Of a stretch of 6,479 nt of DNA, positions 1 through 5,040 are shown one piece after another. Made by a program: the position numbers and the translations under genes. The stretch lies in IMG/VR virus record IMGVR_UViG_3300008222_000006; one strand, 5' to 3'. The notes under the pieces were generated by a model. The model was given only the letters and a program-made list of their open reading frames with translations. It had not been told where the DNA came from and searched no databases. Position 1 is the stretch's first letter. Each line of letters opens with the position of its first letter. Source of the stretch: a virus.

Positions 1-123
1 ACCAGATTCATTATTGACACACTGATTAGTTACGCCGTTCCAATGGGCGCCAGTACCACATTTATTAACACACTGACCCTCAACAGAGTTAGAGTCAGCA
101 GGACAGCCACCGTTATTATCTAA
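1..123. repeat. Terminal direct repeat, copy 1 (identical to 6357..6479)
   Basis: Base-by-base comparison: accagattcattattgacac...ccaccgttattatctaa occurs at both window ends. Confidence 0.95.
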
Positions 124-570
124 AGGTTCAGCAGCTAGGCATTGAGAAAATGAAAGGTAAGTTCCAGTATTATCACACATGATTTGTTCAGGTCGATCAC
201 AATGTGTCCATTGTCCAGTGTTCCTGGGGAGATCATCAGAGCAAAGGCAGCCATCAGGTTGATCACCTACATCTGGACAATAAGTAATTGGTGCGCAACT
301 ACCATATAAATATATCGGATTGGGGTTTCCTACTGGTGCGTAATGACAAGCGGAATAATAAGTGGCTATGTGAGTGCTGCCAATTCTAAAAACATATCCA
401 CTATTTGAGCCTTGAGTAAGGCAGTTTGCATTAGTTCGTCCATCAGCAGTTACACGAGACTGACAAGCTGTATTAGCGGCTTGCAGAGAATCGTATACAT
501 GAAAACCTTCGTAAGCATTTGCGGTAAGTGGAAAGAAAAAAATAAGGAAGAGTAGCAAATACTTTTTCAT
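1..570 (-). CDS. pIII-like minor coat/adsorption protein, N-terminal 190 codons; the ORF continues across the circular junction into 5463..6356
   Basis: ATG at 570..568. My translation is MKKYLLLFLIFFFPLTANA|YEGFHVYDS..., a signal peptide with an ANA cleavage motif, followed by a very Cys-rich domain. The frame is open to base 1 and stays in phase with 6356 (570 nt = 190 codons). A weak AGG lies 6 nt upstream of the ATG. Confidence 0.85.
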   Translation of the reverse strand, partial: MKKYLLLFLIFFFPLTANAYEGFHVYDSLQAANTACQSRVTADGRTNANCLTQGSNSGYVFRIGSTHIATYYSACHYAPVGNPNPIYLYGSCAPITYCPDVGDQPDGCLCSDDLPRNTGQWTHCDRPEQIMCDNTGTYLSFSQCLAAEPLDNNGGCPADSNSVEGQCVNKCGTGAHWNGVTNQCVNNESG

Positions 571-580
571 GGGAAACCTA

Positions 581-649
581 TTAGGTCATGGCAATAGTCA
601 AAGAGACAAGGCCAGTAATTAGAATCAAAAAGTGGGGATCGGTGAACAT
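581..649 (-). CDS. 22-aa hydrophobic micro-ORF (MFTDPHFLILITGLVSLTIAMT), candidate pVII/pIX-like virion-tip protein
   Basis: ATG at 649..647 is preceded by GAGG with a 5-nt spacer (tcGAGGttcttATG). TAA at 583..581. It is one predicted TM helix. It sits between the coat terminator and pIII, the slot where VGJphi-type phages, as I recall, carry a ~29-aa ORF. Too short for the ORF track. Confidence 0.4.
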   Translation of the reverse strand: MFTDPHFLILITGLVSLTIAMT

Positions 650-658
650 AAGAACCTC

Positions 659-686
659 GAAAAAAAGGGGGTAAAGAAATACCCCC
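659..686 (-). terminator. Rho-independent terminator after the major coat gene
   Basis: The minus strand reads GGGGGTA-tttctt-TACCCCC (7-bp stem, 6-nt loop; plus 667..686), followed directly by TTTTTTT (plus 660..666). It starts 8 nt after the coat stop codon. A strong terminator after gene VIII is a classic Ff feature. Confidence 0.8.
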
Positions 687-693
687 AAATGAG

Positions 694-909
694 TTAGAAG
701 AACATCCCCTTAACCCAGCGCAGACCAAGACCAATAACAGCTAAACCAATAAGCAAGCCGCCAGCCTCAACAACATCAGCAGTAGTAGCTGTCATTGCAT
801 CAGTGACACCAGTACCAAGAGCAGCACTAGCATGAGTTGAAATAAGAGCAGATCCAGAAAGAGCCGCTACAGATAAAGCCTTTTTAGCTTCTAACATTTT
901 TTTAAGCAT
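694..909 (-). CDS. Major coat protein precursor (pVIII-like), 71 aa
   Basis: ATG at 909..907 with GAGGA 7 nt upstream. Sequence: MLKKMLEAKKALSVAALSGSALISTHASA|ALGTGVTDAMTATTADVVEAGGLLIGLAVIGLGLRWVKGMFF. It has a signal peptide with an ASA cleavage motif. The ~42-aa mature peptide has an acidic N-terminus, hydrophobic core and basic C-terminus. The track's longer 694..975 version begins at a TTG and overlaps the upstream gene. Confidence 0.85.
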   Translation of the reverse strand: MLKKMLEAKKALSVAALSGSALISTHASAALGTGVTDAMTATTADVVEAGGLLIGLAVIGLGLRWVKGMFF

Positions 910-925
910 GATCGTATCCTCGTAA

Positions 926-1162
926 TTAGACGTTCGGTAAGAACATTTTTTTAACAATACGAGCAGAGAAACCAAGCATAAGGATTAATACCAAACCGCC
1001 CCAAAGTTCTGAGTACTCATCAGGTGTTAAAGCTGTAGCAGAAGAATCTAAGCCCAGTTCATTTGTTAATTGGGAAGGAGTGAGAACGTACCAGCCTGTA
1101 ACGCACGAAGGCGTATTATCGGAAGCTGTAGTAATTGCCCCATCACAACCAACAAAATTCAT
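926..1162 (-). CDS. 78-aa membrane protein with coat-like C-terminus (candidate minor structural protein)
   Basis: ATG at 1162. There is a C-terminal TM segment (LWGGLVLILMLGF) followed by the basic tail ARIVKKMF, which resembles the coat tail LRWVKGMFF. Two Cys lie in the N-terminal part. It sits between the ssDNA-binding gene and the coat gene. No clear SD, and no N-terminal signal peptide from the ATG. Confidence 0.6.
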   Translation of the reverse strand: MNFVGCDGAITTASDNTPSCVTGWYVLTPSQLTNELGLDSSATALTPDEYSELWGGLVLILMLGFSARIVKKMFLPNV

Positions 1163-1228
1163 GACAGGAGCCCGCAGAAGGGGCGAAACGCAGAGTAAAA
1201 CATTGAGTCACCTAAAGCGTATAAATAA

Positions 1229-1248
1229 AACCCTTGTTAAAAGGCGTT
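1229..1248 (-). terminator. Bulged hairpin with U-rich tail in the ssb-ORF78 intergenic region (possible attenuator)
   Basis: The minus strand reads AACGCCTT-ttaac-AAGGGTT (7 bp with one bulge), followed by TTATTTAT. The stem is weak. Confidence 0.3.
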
Positions 1249-1269
1249 AGATATAAGCTCCTGATTAGT

Positions 1270-1304
1270 AAAAATTACTTAGTTAAGAGGTTACCCTTAA
1301 CTAA
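1270..1304 (-). terminator. 9-bp perfect hairpin just after the ssb-like stop codon (terminator/attenuator or ssDNA structural signal)
   Basis: Plus strand: ttagttaag (1279..1287) pairs with cttaactaa (1296..1304) around an 8-nt loop. On the minus strand a T5 run follows 4 nt after the stem (plus 1270..1274). Confidence 0.35.
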
Positions 1305-1313
1305 AAAATCTGA

Positions 1314-1622
1314 TTAAACAGCAGTTTTCAAATCACTTTGAAAATTACCAAGTGGTAAAGCAGTACCAACAGCATTTAACTTATGGCCACCGCCTTGAAA
1401 AGCAAATACAGAAACAGCTACATCTACTTTTTTATTAATCAATTTTGAAAAAGCCATTTCAGAACCGCCAGCAATTTGAGCGGCATTCAGAGCGACTTTA
1501 GAAGTATCTACATCACCATCATCCATAATAACGAGGGTTTTTTGTAAGATACGTTCACCAGTTTTTTTGCTGGCATATGAATCATCGATAATCGACAATA
1601 ATTTACCTGATACTTTTAACAT
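1314..1622 (-). CDS. ssDNA-binding protein candidate (gene V / RstB position), 102 aa
   Basis: ATG at 1622 with AAGGA about 7 nt upstream. It starts 13 nt after the Rep stop. Size and position match inovirus ssDNA-binding proteins. The function is assigned by synteny only. Confidence 0.6.
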   Translation of the reverse strand: MLKVSGKLLSIIDDSYASKKTGERILQKTLVIMDDGDVDTSKVALNAAQIAGGSEMAFSKLINKKVDVAVSVFAFQGGGHKLNAVGTALPLGNFQSDLKTAV

Positions 1623-1634
1623 GACAATTTCCTT

Positions 1635-2747
1635 TTAAGCGGCTCTATACCAAGTTGGAATAGAGAGTTCTTGGGTAACTACTTCAGTAGCTTTCTTTAC
1701 AAAAATAGGGCTGATGCTAGAAATATTGCAAGGACGGCAAATATCAATACCAATTTTACGAAGTCTAGCGCGGTGCAATTTAACTTGAGTTTTAGTGGCA
1801 TCGAAGGATTTCCCATGGAGCCATTCAAGAAAGTATATAGAGGTAGTGTGAGCAGCTTTAGTAGAAGTAACATAATTATTTCTAAAAAGAAGTTCTGCGA
1901 TTGTTTCATATTCCATTGAAGTCACCTGCAACTTTTCGTCTAGTGATCTGAATTTTGTATGCTCTTCATCGAAGGCGGCATCTGCAAATAAACCCCAGTA
2001 ACGGGCGTTCATTCGACGTAATAATTCGGATTTAAATTCTTGTTCAAATCTAACTACACCGTTTTCCTGACAGTAAAGAAAGACCTTCTTTAAGTAAGCA
2101 TACTCTAAAGAATTCTCACCGACAGAATTTTTTATTTTCTTCATTGAGTGTAGTTTTAATTCGTGAGCCTTATCATAAACTTTTGAATACATGAGAGAAG
2201 AAACACCACCAGAAGCAGTACGCCAATCACATGAACAGCCGTTTGGGTATAAATTAGGGTTAGAGTTTCGATAAGGGAGAGTAGCTAAACCTTTAATATA
2301 ATCTTTAGAAAAACCGCCAGTAGCTAAATTTGAGGTTACATCAATGCGCTGAAAAATAGCCCCATCAGTCATGGTTACAAACTTGGCTGAACCTTTCTGT
2401 TTTTCGGTAACTTGCCATGTACGAGTGCATTTAGTGAAAGGAGGTAAACCAAGTGAAATAAGGATTTTATTGTAAACAGCGACACAATCATCAAGAGAGG
2501 TTAAGCCGAAAAGGTTATCAAGACGATTAAATTTAGAAGGGTTTCCATCCATCGTGATTCGGTTACCAGAAATGCGGATATTTATAACTGAGCTAAAAGA
2601 ACCTTTATGAGAAAAAGTGGGCTGTGAAATGGTTAATATATCGCCCGTTTCGACATTAATATTCGCATAAGCCCGTTCAGAGACGATAGGGAGCGCGAAG
2701 TCGAAATCTTGATACATCTTAAGCCAATCATAAAAGGGATTGTACAT
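1635..2747 (-). CDS. Rolling-circle replication initiator (pII/RstA-like), 370 aa
   Basis: ATG at 2747 with AGGA 7 nt upstream. It is the first and largest gene of the core operon. From memory, three motifs resemble the RstA/Rep_trans-type initiator families: N-terminal FYDWL, IFQRIDVTSN (R-I-D) and KVYDKAHELK (YDK with a candidate catalytic Tyr). Not verified by search. Confidence 0.8.
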   Translation of the reverse strand: MYNPFYDWLKMYQDFDFALPIVSERAYANINVETGDILTISQPTFSHKGSFSSVINIRISGNRITMDGNPSKFNRLDNLFGLTSLDDCVAVYNKILISLGLPPFTKCTRTWQVTEKQKGSAKFVTMTDGAIFQRIDVTSNLATGGFSKDYIKGLATLPYRNSNPNLYPNGCSCDWRTASGGVSSLMYSKVYDKAHELKLHSMKKIKNSVGENSLEYAYLKKVFLYCQENGVVRFEQEFKSELLRRMNARYWGLFADAAFDEEHTKFRSLDEKLQVTSMEYETIAELLFRNNYVTSTKAAHTTSIYFLEWLHGKSFDATKTQVKLHRARLRKIGIDICRPCNISSISPIFVKKATEVVTQELSIPTWYRAA

Positions 2748-2784
2748 GAATGAATCCTGAGTACTGAGAGCTGCGTATGTTATA

Positions 2785-2812
2785 GTTATATGTTAGGAAT
2801 ATATACTAACAA
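2785..2812 (-). promoter_or_regulatory. Candidate sigma70 promoter for the rep operon
   Basis: On the minus strand: TTGTTA (plus 2807..2812), a 16-nt spacer, then TATAAC (plus 2785..2790). The -10 element lies about 38 nt upstream of the rep ATG. Confidence 0.45.
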
Positions 2813-2861
2813 TTCTTAGAAAGCAAATACAAAGTATTGCTTTTCTAAGTTCTTAGAAAAG
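2813..2861. promoter_or_regulatory. Operator-like repeats in the rep / ORF54 divergent region
   Basis: A perfect 22-bp palindrome cttttctaag-tt-cttagaaaag spans 2840..2861. A third copy of the half-site, ttcttagaaag (2813..2823), abuts the candidate rep -35. An imperfect inverted repeat gcaaatac-aaa-gtattgc lies between them (2823..2840). Confidence 0.6.
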
Positions 2862-2887
2862 GATTTCCAAGAGAGTGAGAGAAGAAG

Positions 2888-3052
2888 ATGCCAAGCAAAC
2901 ACATAGACAAAGATCAGTGGAAGGAAATCGAAAAAATTTCCGTAAATGAAACAATTACCAAAAAAGAGGTAATTTATCCAAATAATATCCTTAAGCTATT
3001 GATAGCTAAAGGATTAGAAGCATATTCCAAAGAGAAGCCAAGGACGGAGTGA
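2888..3052 (+). CDS. 54-aa plus-strand ORF, candidate small transcriptional regulator (possibly ribbon-helix-helix-like), divergent from rep
   Basis: My translation is MPSKHIDKDQWKEIEKISVNETITKKEVIYPNNILKLLIAKGLEAYSKEKPRTE, from ATG 2888 to TGA 3050..3052. A purine-rich stretch (gagagaagaag) lies directly upstream. It is the only plausible plus-strand gene. It occupies the position that rstR holds relative to rstA in CTXphi. Below the ORF-track length cutoff. Confidence 0.5.
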   Translation: MPSKHIDKDQWKEIEKISVNETITKKEVIYPNNILKLLIAKGLEAYSKEKPRTE

Positions 3053-3063
3053 TCTGGGAAAAA

Positions 3064-3107
3064 GTCGGGATACCGACCTAAAGTTGGGGTGTCACTGGAA
3101 CCCCAAC
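3064..3107. other. Two GC-rich hairpins downstream of ORF54
   Basis: First: gtcgg-gata-ccgac (3064..3077). Second: gttggggt-(9 nt)-accccaac (3083..3107, 8-bp stem), followed on the plus strand by atctttaactt. The second may terminate ORF54 transcription or fold in viral ssDNA. Confidence 0.5.
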
Positions 3108-3142
3108 ATCTTTAACTTCGTCAGCAATAGTATGGCGAGTGG

Positions 3143-3199
3143 CAAAAGATGGACAAAGACAAAGACGGTTAACAAAAAGAGGGTTTGTGTTTTTAAAAA
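3143..3199. repeat. Iteron-like CAAA(A)GA repeats plus an AT palindrome
   Basis: The repeats are caaaaga (3143..3149), caaaga (3154..3159), caaaga (3160..3165) and caaaaaga (3173..3180). The palindrome tttttaaaaa follows at 3190..3199. Confidence 0.5.
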
Positions 3200-3209
3200 G
3201 AATGCAGAC

Positions 3210-3230
3210 TCTGGGGAAGGATTCCCCAGA
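3210..3230. other. 9-bp perfect hairpin, tctggggaa-gga-ttccccaga
   Basis: Arms at 3210..3218 and 3222..3230 with a 3-nt loop, about 45 nt downstream of the HTH gene stop on the minus strand. The T-rich tract (ttcttttt) begins only 9 nt after the stem, so it is not a canonical terminator. Confidence 0.5.
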
Positions 3231-3273
3231 AGGAGTGCGGAGCAGTTAAAAGCGTTAATATGCTGCGCATCAG

Positions 3274-3486
3274 TCAAACCAAATTTTTCTGATCATCATA
3301 GGGCAGAGTGATATTAAATTCAGTATAGGCGATCCAGCGGAGTGCAAGCTCATTAGTGAGCTTAACCTGACAATCAGAAGCTTCTATTTTTTGAATAGTA
3401 TTAAGTGTCAAACCTAGCCTTTCGGCTAGCTCCCTTTGTTTCAATTTAAGTCTAATTCTAGACTCCTTAAAAGTATCGCTATGCAT
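3274..3486 (-). CDS. XRE/Cro-C1-type helix-turn-helix transcriptional regulator, 70 aa
   Basis: Sequence: MHSDTFKESRIRLKLKQRELAERLGLTLNTIQKIEASD.... The segment QRELAERLGLTLNTIQKIE is a textbook HTH_3 pattern. ATG at 3486 with AGGA 9 nt upstream. This ATG overlaps the stop of the upstream ORF (ATGCATAG). The track's 80-aa version starts at a TTG. Confidence 0.85.
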   Translation of the reverse strand: MHSDTFKESRIRLKLKQRELAERLGLTLNTIQKIEASDCQVKLTNELALRWIAYTEFNITLPYDDQKNLV

Positions 3487-3739
3487 GGTCAACAGTCCTA
3501 AAAGCATCCTGATCAATCAGTTCATGAGCAAGATCAGGGAAATCCAAACGTAAAATATTAAAAAGCTCCTTTTGTAGCTGGCAATGAAAAGAGTCATTTT
3601 TTGTAAAAATAGCGTAGCTGACAGAACCATTTCTAATGAAAGTACGTAAAACAATGTGACGTTTTTCCAGAGTGAAAACAAAGTCACCAGTTTCAAAAGT
3701 AATAGCAGTTTCGGAAGTCCAAGCAATCATAAAAGACAT
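3479..3739 (-). CDS. 86-aa acidic protein of unknown function (accessory cassette, gene 2)
   Basis: ATG at 3739 with GGAGA 7 nt upstream. Its start overlaps the upstream stop (TAATG) and its stop overlaps the HTH start. I recognise no family. Confidence 0.65.
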   Translation of the reverse strand: MSFMIAWTSETAITFETGDFVFTLEKRHIVLRTFIRNGSVSYAIFTKNDSFHCQLQKELFNILRLDFPDLAHELIDQDAFRTVDHA

Positions 3740-3930
3740 TAGATAATCTCCATTTCAAGCAAACCAATAGAAGTAATATGACGTAGGGTAATCGGTGAGA
3801 ACTTAGAGTAAAAGAGTTTTCCGGATATTTCTTGGTTGGCTGTGTAATGGCCGTTGGAGTAGTGGCGAATAACCCAAACCTTTGAGCTATTCCACTTATC
3901 TTGAATTCTGGTAGTAGTCATAATATTCAT
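3739..3930 (-). CDS. 63-aa (or 60-aa) basic protein of unknown function (accessory cassette, gene 1)
   Basis: ATG at 3930 lies immediately after AAGGGA. A second in-frame ATG at 3921 has more typical 9-nt SD spacing. It is the first gene after the candidate promoter. I recognise no family. Confidence 0.6.
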   Translation of the reverse strand: MNIMTTTRIQDKWNSSKVWVIRHYSNGHYTANQEISGKLFYSKFSPITLRHITSIGLLEMEII

Positions 3931-3944
3931 TCCCTTTGATTAGT

Positions 3945-4008
3945 TTACATAATTATTATATATAATTTTTATGTAAGAATCAAGGTATTTTGCATAAATA
4001 TTATGTAA
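3945..4008. promoter_or_regulatory. Four TTACATAA-type half-sites arranged as two inverted pairs around the cassette promoter
   Basis: First pair: ttacataa (3945..3952) and ttatgtaa (3969..3976), an inverted pair with a 16-bp spacer that brackets the -10. Second pair: ttgcataa (3990..3997) and ttatgtaa (4001..4008), with a 3-bp spacer, just upstream of the -35. Confidence 0.6.
3955..3983 (-). promoter_or_regulatory. Candidate sigma70 promoter of the accessory cassette
   Basis: On the minus strand: TTGATT (plus 3978..3983), a 17-nt spacer, then a perfect TATAAT (plus 3955..3960). The -10 element lies about 25 nt upstream of the ORF63 ATG. Confidence 0.6.
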
Positions 4009-4044
4009 AAATTTATCCGTTTTCCCCCCTGGTTAATTGAGTGA

Positions 4045-5040
4045 TCAGATTTTTAGTGTGCTTTGTGGTTGATCTGGAATCGTATGATCAAAGATACGAT
4101 CATCAATCATGGAATTACAGATGTTGTCTGGAACAATGAGTTTGGAAGCTTGTTGTGTAAAACAACTGCAAGACGGTTTACCGTTCTTGTTAATGCGAAT
4201 ACAAAGGGTTTTAGGGAAACTAACAGGAGTAGTGAGAGTGTCGTAGATAGGAGCGGTTGAAGGTATCCCAAAAATTCTAGGCTTATAGAGATTAAGATAA
4301 TCTGTTTGATCCAATGGGTAGACAGGAGCAAAACTACTACCTGTAATCTTTGTTGGAGCGTCATTGGAAAGAACAGACCCATCAGCATTATGAAGCTTAC
4401 TGTCAGGTGATCCACCAAGTGAAGTAGCAAAGTATATTGCATATCCAATAACTCCTATTGTGCCCAAAATAACTAGAAGTAGTTTTTTGGGTGGGTTGAA
4501 TTTGTGAGTATCAAGTTCAGTAGATTTGTAAGTACCGAAATACTTTTTATCAATAATTCTGTTAGAGCTAGCAGAAGCTTGTTTAGCGTGGTAATCGGTC
4601 GGATCTATAGTCATCTCACTAAAGATTCTTTGAGTTACCATTTTTGAGCCAAACTTTCTCTCATAGTGATAGTGAGGTGCAGCAAGTCTACGAAGACGAA
4701 CATCAATCAAAGAAGGGTGTTGAGAGATAATAAATAAATCAACACCGTTATGTCGTGAAGTGTTGAGTTTTGTAATGTGTGGAGGAGCTTCTTTTTTAGT
4801 ATCGGGTTTTGCTATTGGGAAAATCTCTTGAGCTTCATCAATAAAGATAATTGCACCAGCAGGTAGCTCATACCATTTTAAAACGTCCTCTTTAGACATC
4901 TCAATCCAGCTATCAAATACAACCTCTTTAATGTTGTAGTAGTAAACCGGACGATCTTTAAATTGTTTGTCTTCTCTCAACATTTTTATAGTGTTAAGAG
5001 TTTTTGAAGCGCCAATAACACCAGTAATTAGATAAATCAT
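4045..5040 (-). CDS. Zot / pI-family phage assembly ATPase, 331 aa
   Basis: The N-terminal P-loop is ITGVIGASKT, a deviant Walker A (GxxGxSKT). As I recall, CTXphi Zot has GAPGSYKT. Walker B is AIIFIDEAQEIFP, comparable to FLFIDECGRIWP in Zot as I recall it. A central TM helix (LLLVILGTIGVIGYAIYFATSL) is followed by a periplasmic C-domain containing Cys. It lies right after the pVI-like gene. Confidence 0.9.
   Translation of the reverse strand: MIYLITGVIGASKTLNTIKMLREDKQFKDRPVYYYNIKEVVFDSWIEMSKEDVLKWYELPAGAIIFIDEAQEIFPIAKPDTKKEAPPHITKLNTSRHNGVDLFIISQHPSLIDVRLRRLAAPHYHYERKFGSKMVTQRIFSEMTIDPTDYHAKQASASSNRIIDKKYFGTYKSTELDTHKFNPPKKLLLVILGTIGVIGYAIYFATSLGGSPDSKLHNADGSVLSNDAPTKITGSSFAPVYPLDQTDYLNLYKPRIFGIPSTAPIYDTLTTPVSFPKTLCIRINKNGKPSCSCFTQQASKLIVPDNICNSMIDDRIFDHTIPDQPQSTLKI

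Noticed and set aside
694-975. 93-aa extended version of the coat ORF
   Set aside because: Its start codon is a TTG (plus caa at 973..975) and it overlaps the end of ORF78. The ATG at 909 has a GAGGA 7 nt upstream and gives a normal signal peptide.
1261-1316. CTGATTA direct repeats (1261..1267 and 1310..1316) flanking the 1279..1304 hairpin
   Set aside because: A 7-mer recurring within about 50 nt of AT-rich DNA is not clearly non-random. The second copy overlaps the ssb stop codon.
1671-1919. 82-aa (+) and 70-aa (-, 1697..1909) ORFs inside rep
   Set aside because: They are alternative-frame or antisense ORFs wholly embedded in the well-supported rep gene. They have low-complexity composition and no RBS.
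3244-3271. dif-like XerCD site on the minus strand (GATGCGCAGCA-TATTAA-CGCTTTTAACT); a second candidate at 2770..2798 (GCTGCGTATGT-TATAGTT-ATATGTTAGGA)
   Set aside because: Compared by eye with the E. coli/Vibrio dif consensus (GGTGCGCATAA-TGTATA-TTATGTTAAAT), the first matches about 8/11 and 6/11 in the two arms. The second matches about 7/11 and 7/11, with a 7-nt core. That is too weak to call without the host dif sequence or an integrated copy.
3084-3311. 75-aa plus-strand ORF and 61-aa minus-strand ORF (3092..3277) in the structured intergenic region
   Set aside because: Both begin at TTG and have no SD. They run straight through the GC hairpins and A-rich repeats, which explains the Lys-rich and Leu/Phe-rich translations. 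The plus-strand ORF also runs antisense into the HTH gene. I cannot fully exclude the internal ATG at 3132 (59 aa, very basic), but it also lacks an SD.
3274-3516. 80-aa extended version of the HTH ORF
   Set aside because: It starts at a TTG and would overlap ORF86 by 38 nt. The ATG at 3486 has an AGGA 9 nt upstream and places the HTH at the usual distance from the N-terminus.
3517-3726. 69-aa hydrophobic ORF overlapping ORF86 in another frame
   Set aside because: It is fully nested in ORF86, which has the strong GGAGA RBS and coupled start and stop junctions. The Leu/Phe-rich translation is typical of off-frame reading of AT-rich DNA.
3936-3966. Plus-strand promoter-like TTGATT-19 nt-TATAAT
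   Set aside because: The spacer is too long. There is also no plus-strand gene downstream, because it would read antisense into zot. The minus-strand promoter with 17-nt spacing explains the same AT-rich sequence.
4063-4448. 65-aa (+) and 113-aa (-) ORFs inside the zot-like gene
   Set aside because: They are embedded in the Zot/pI ORF, whose Walker A and B motifs and TM helix define the true frame. There are no independent signals.
4045-5040. Internal in-frame start in zot giving a pXI-like product
   Set aside because: The in-frame Met codons before the TM helix (Met134, Met143) lack a properly spaced SD, so nothing in the sequence supports it.
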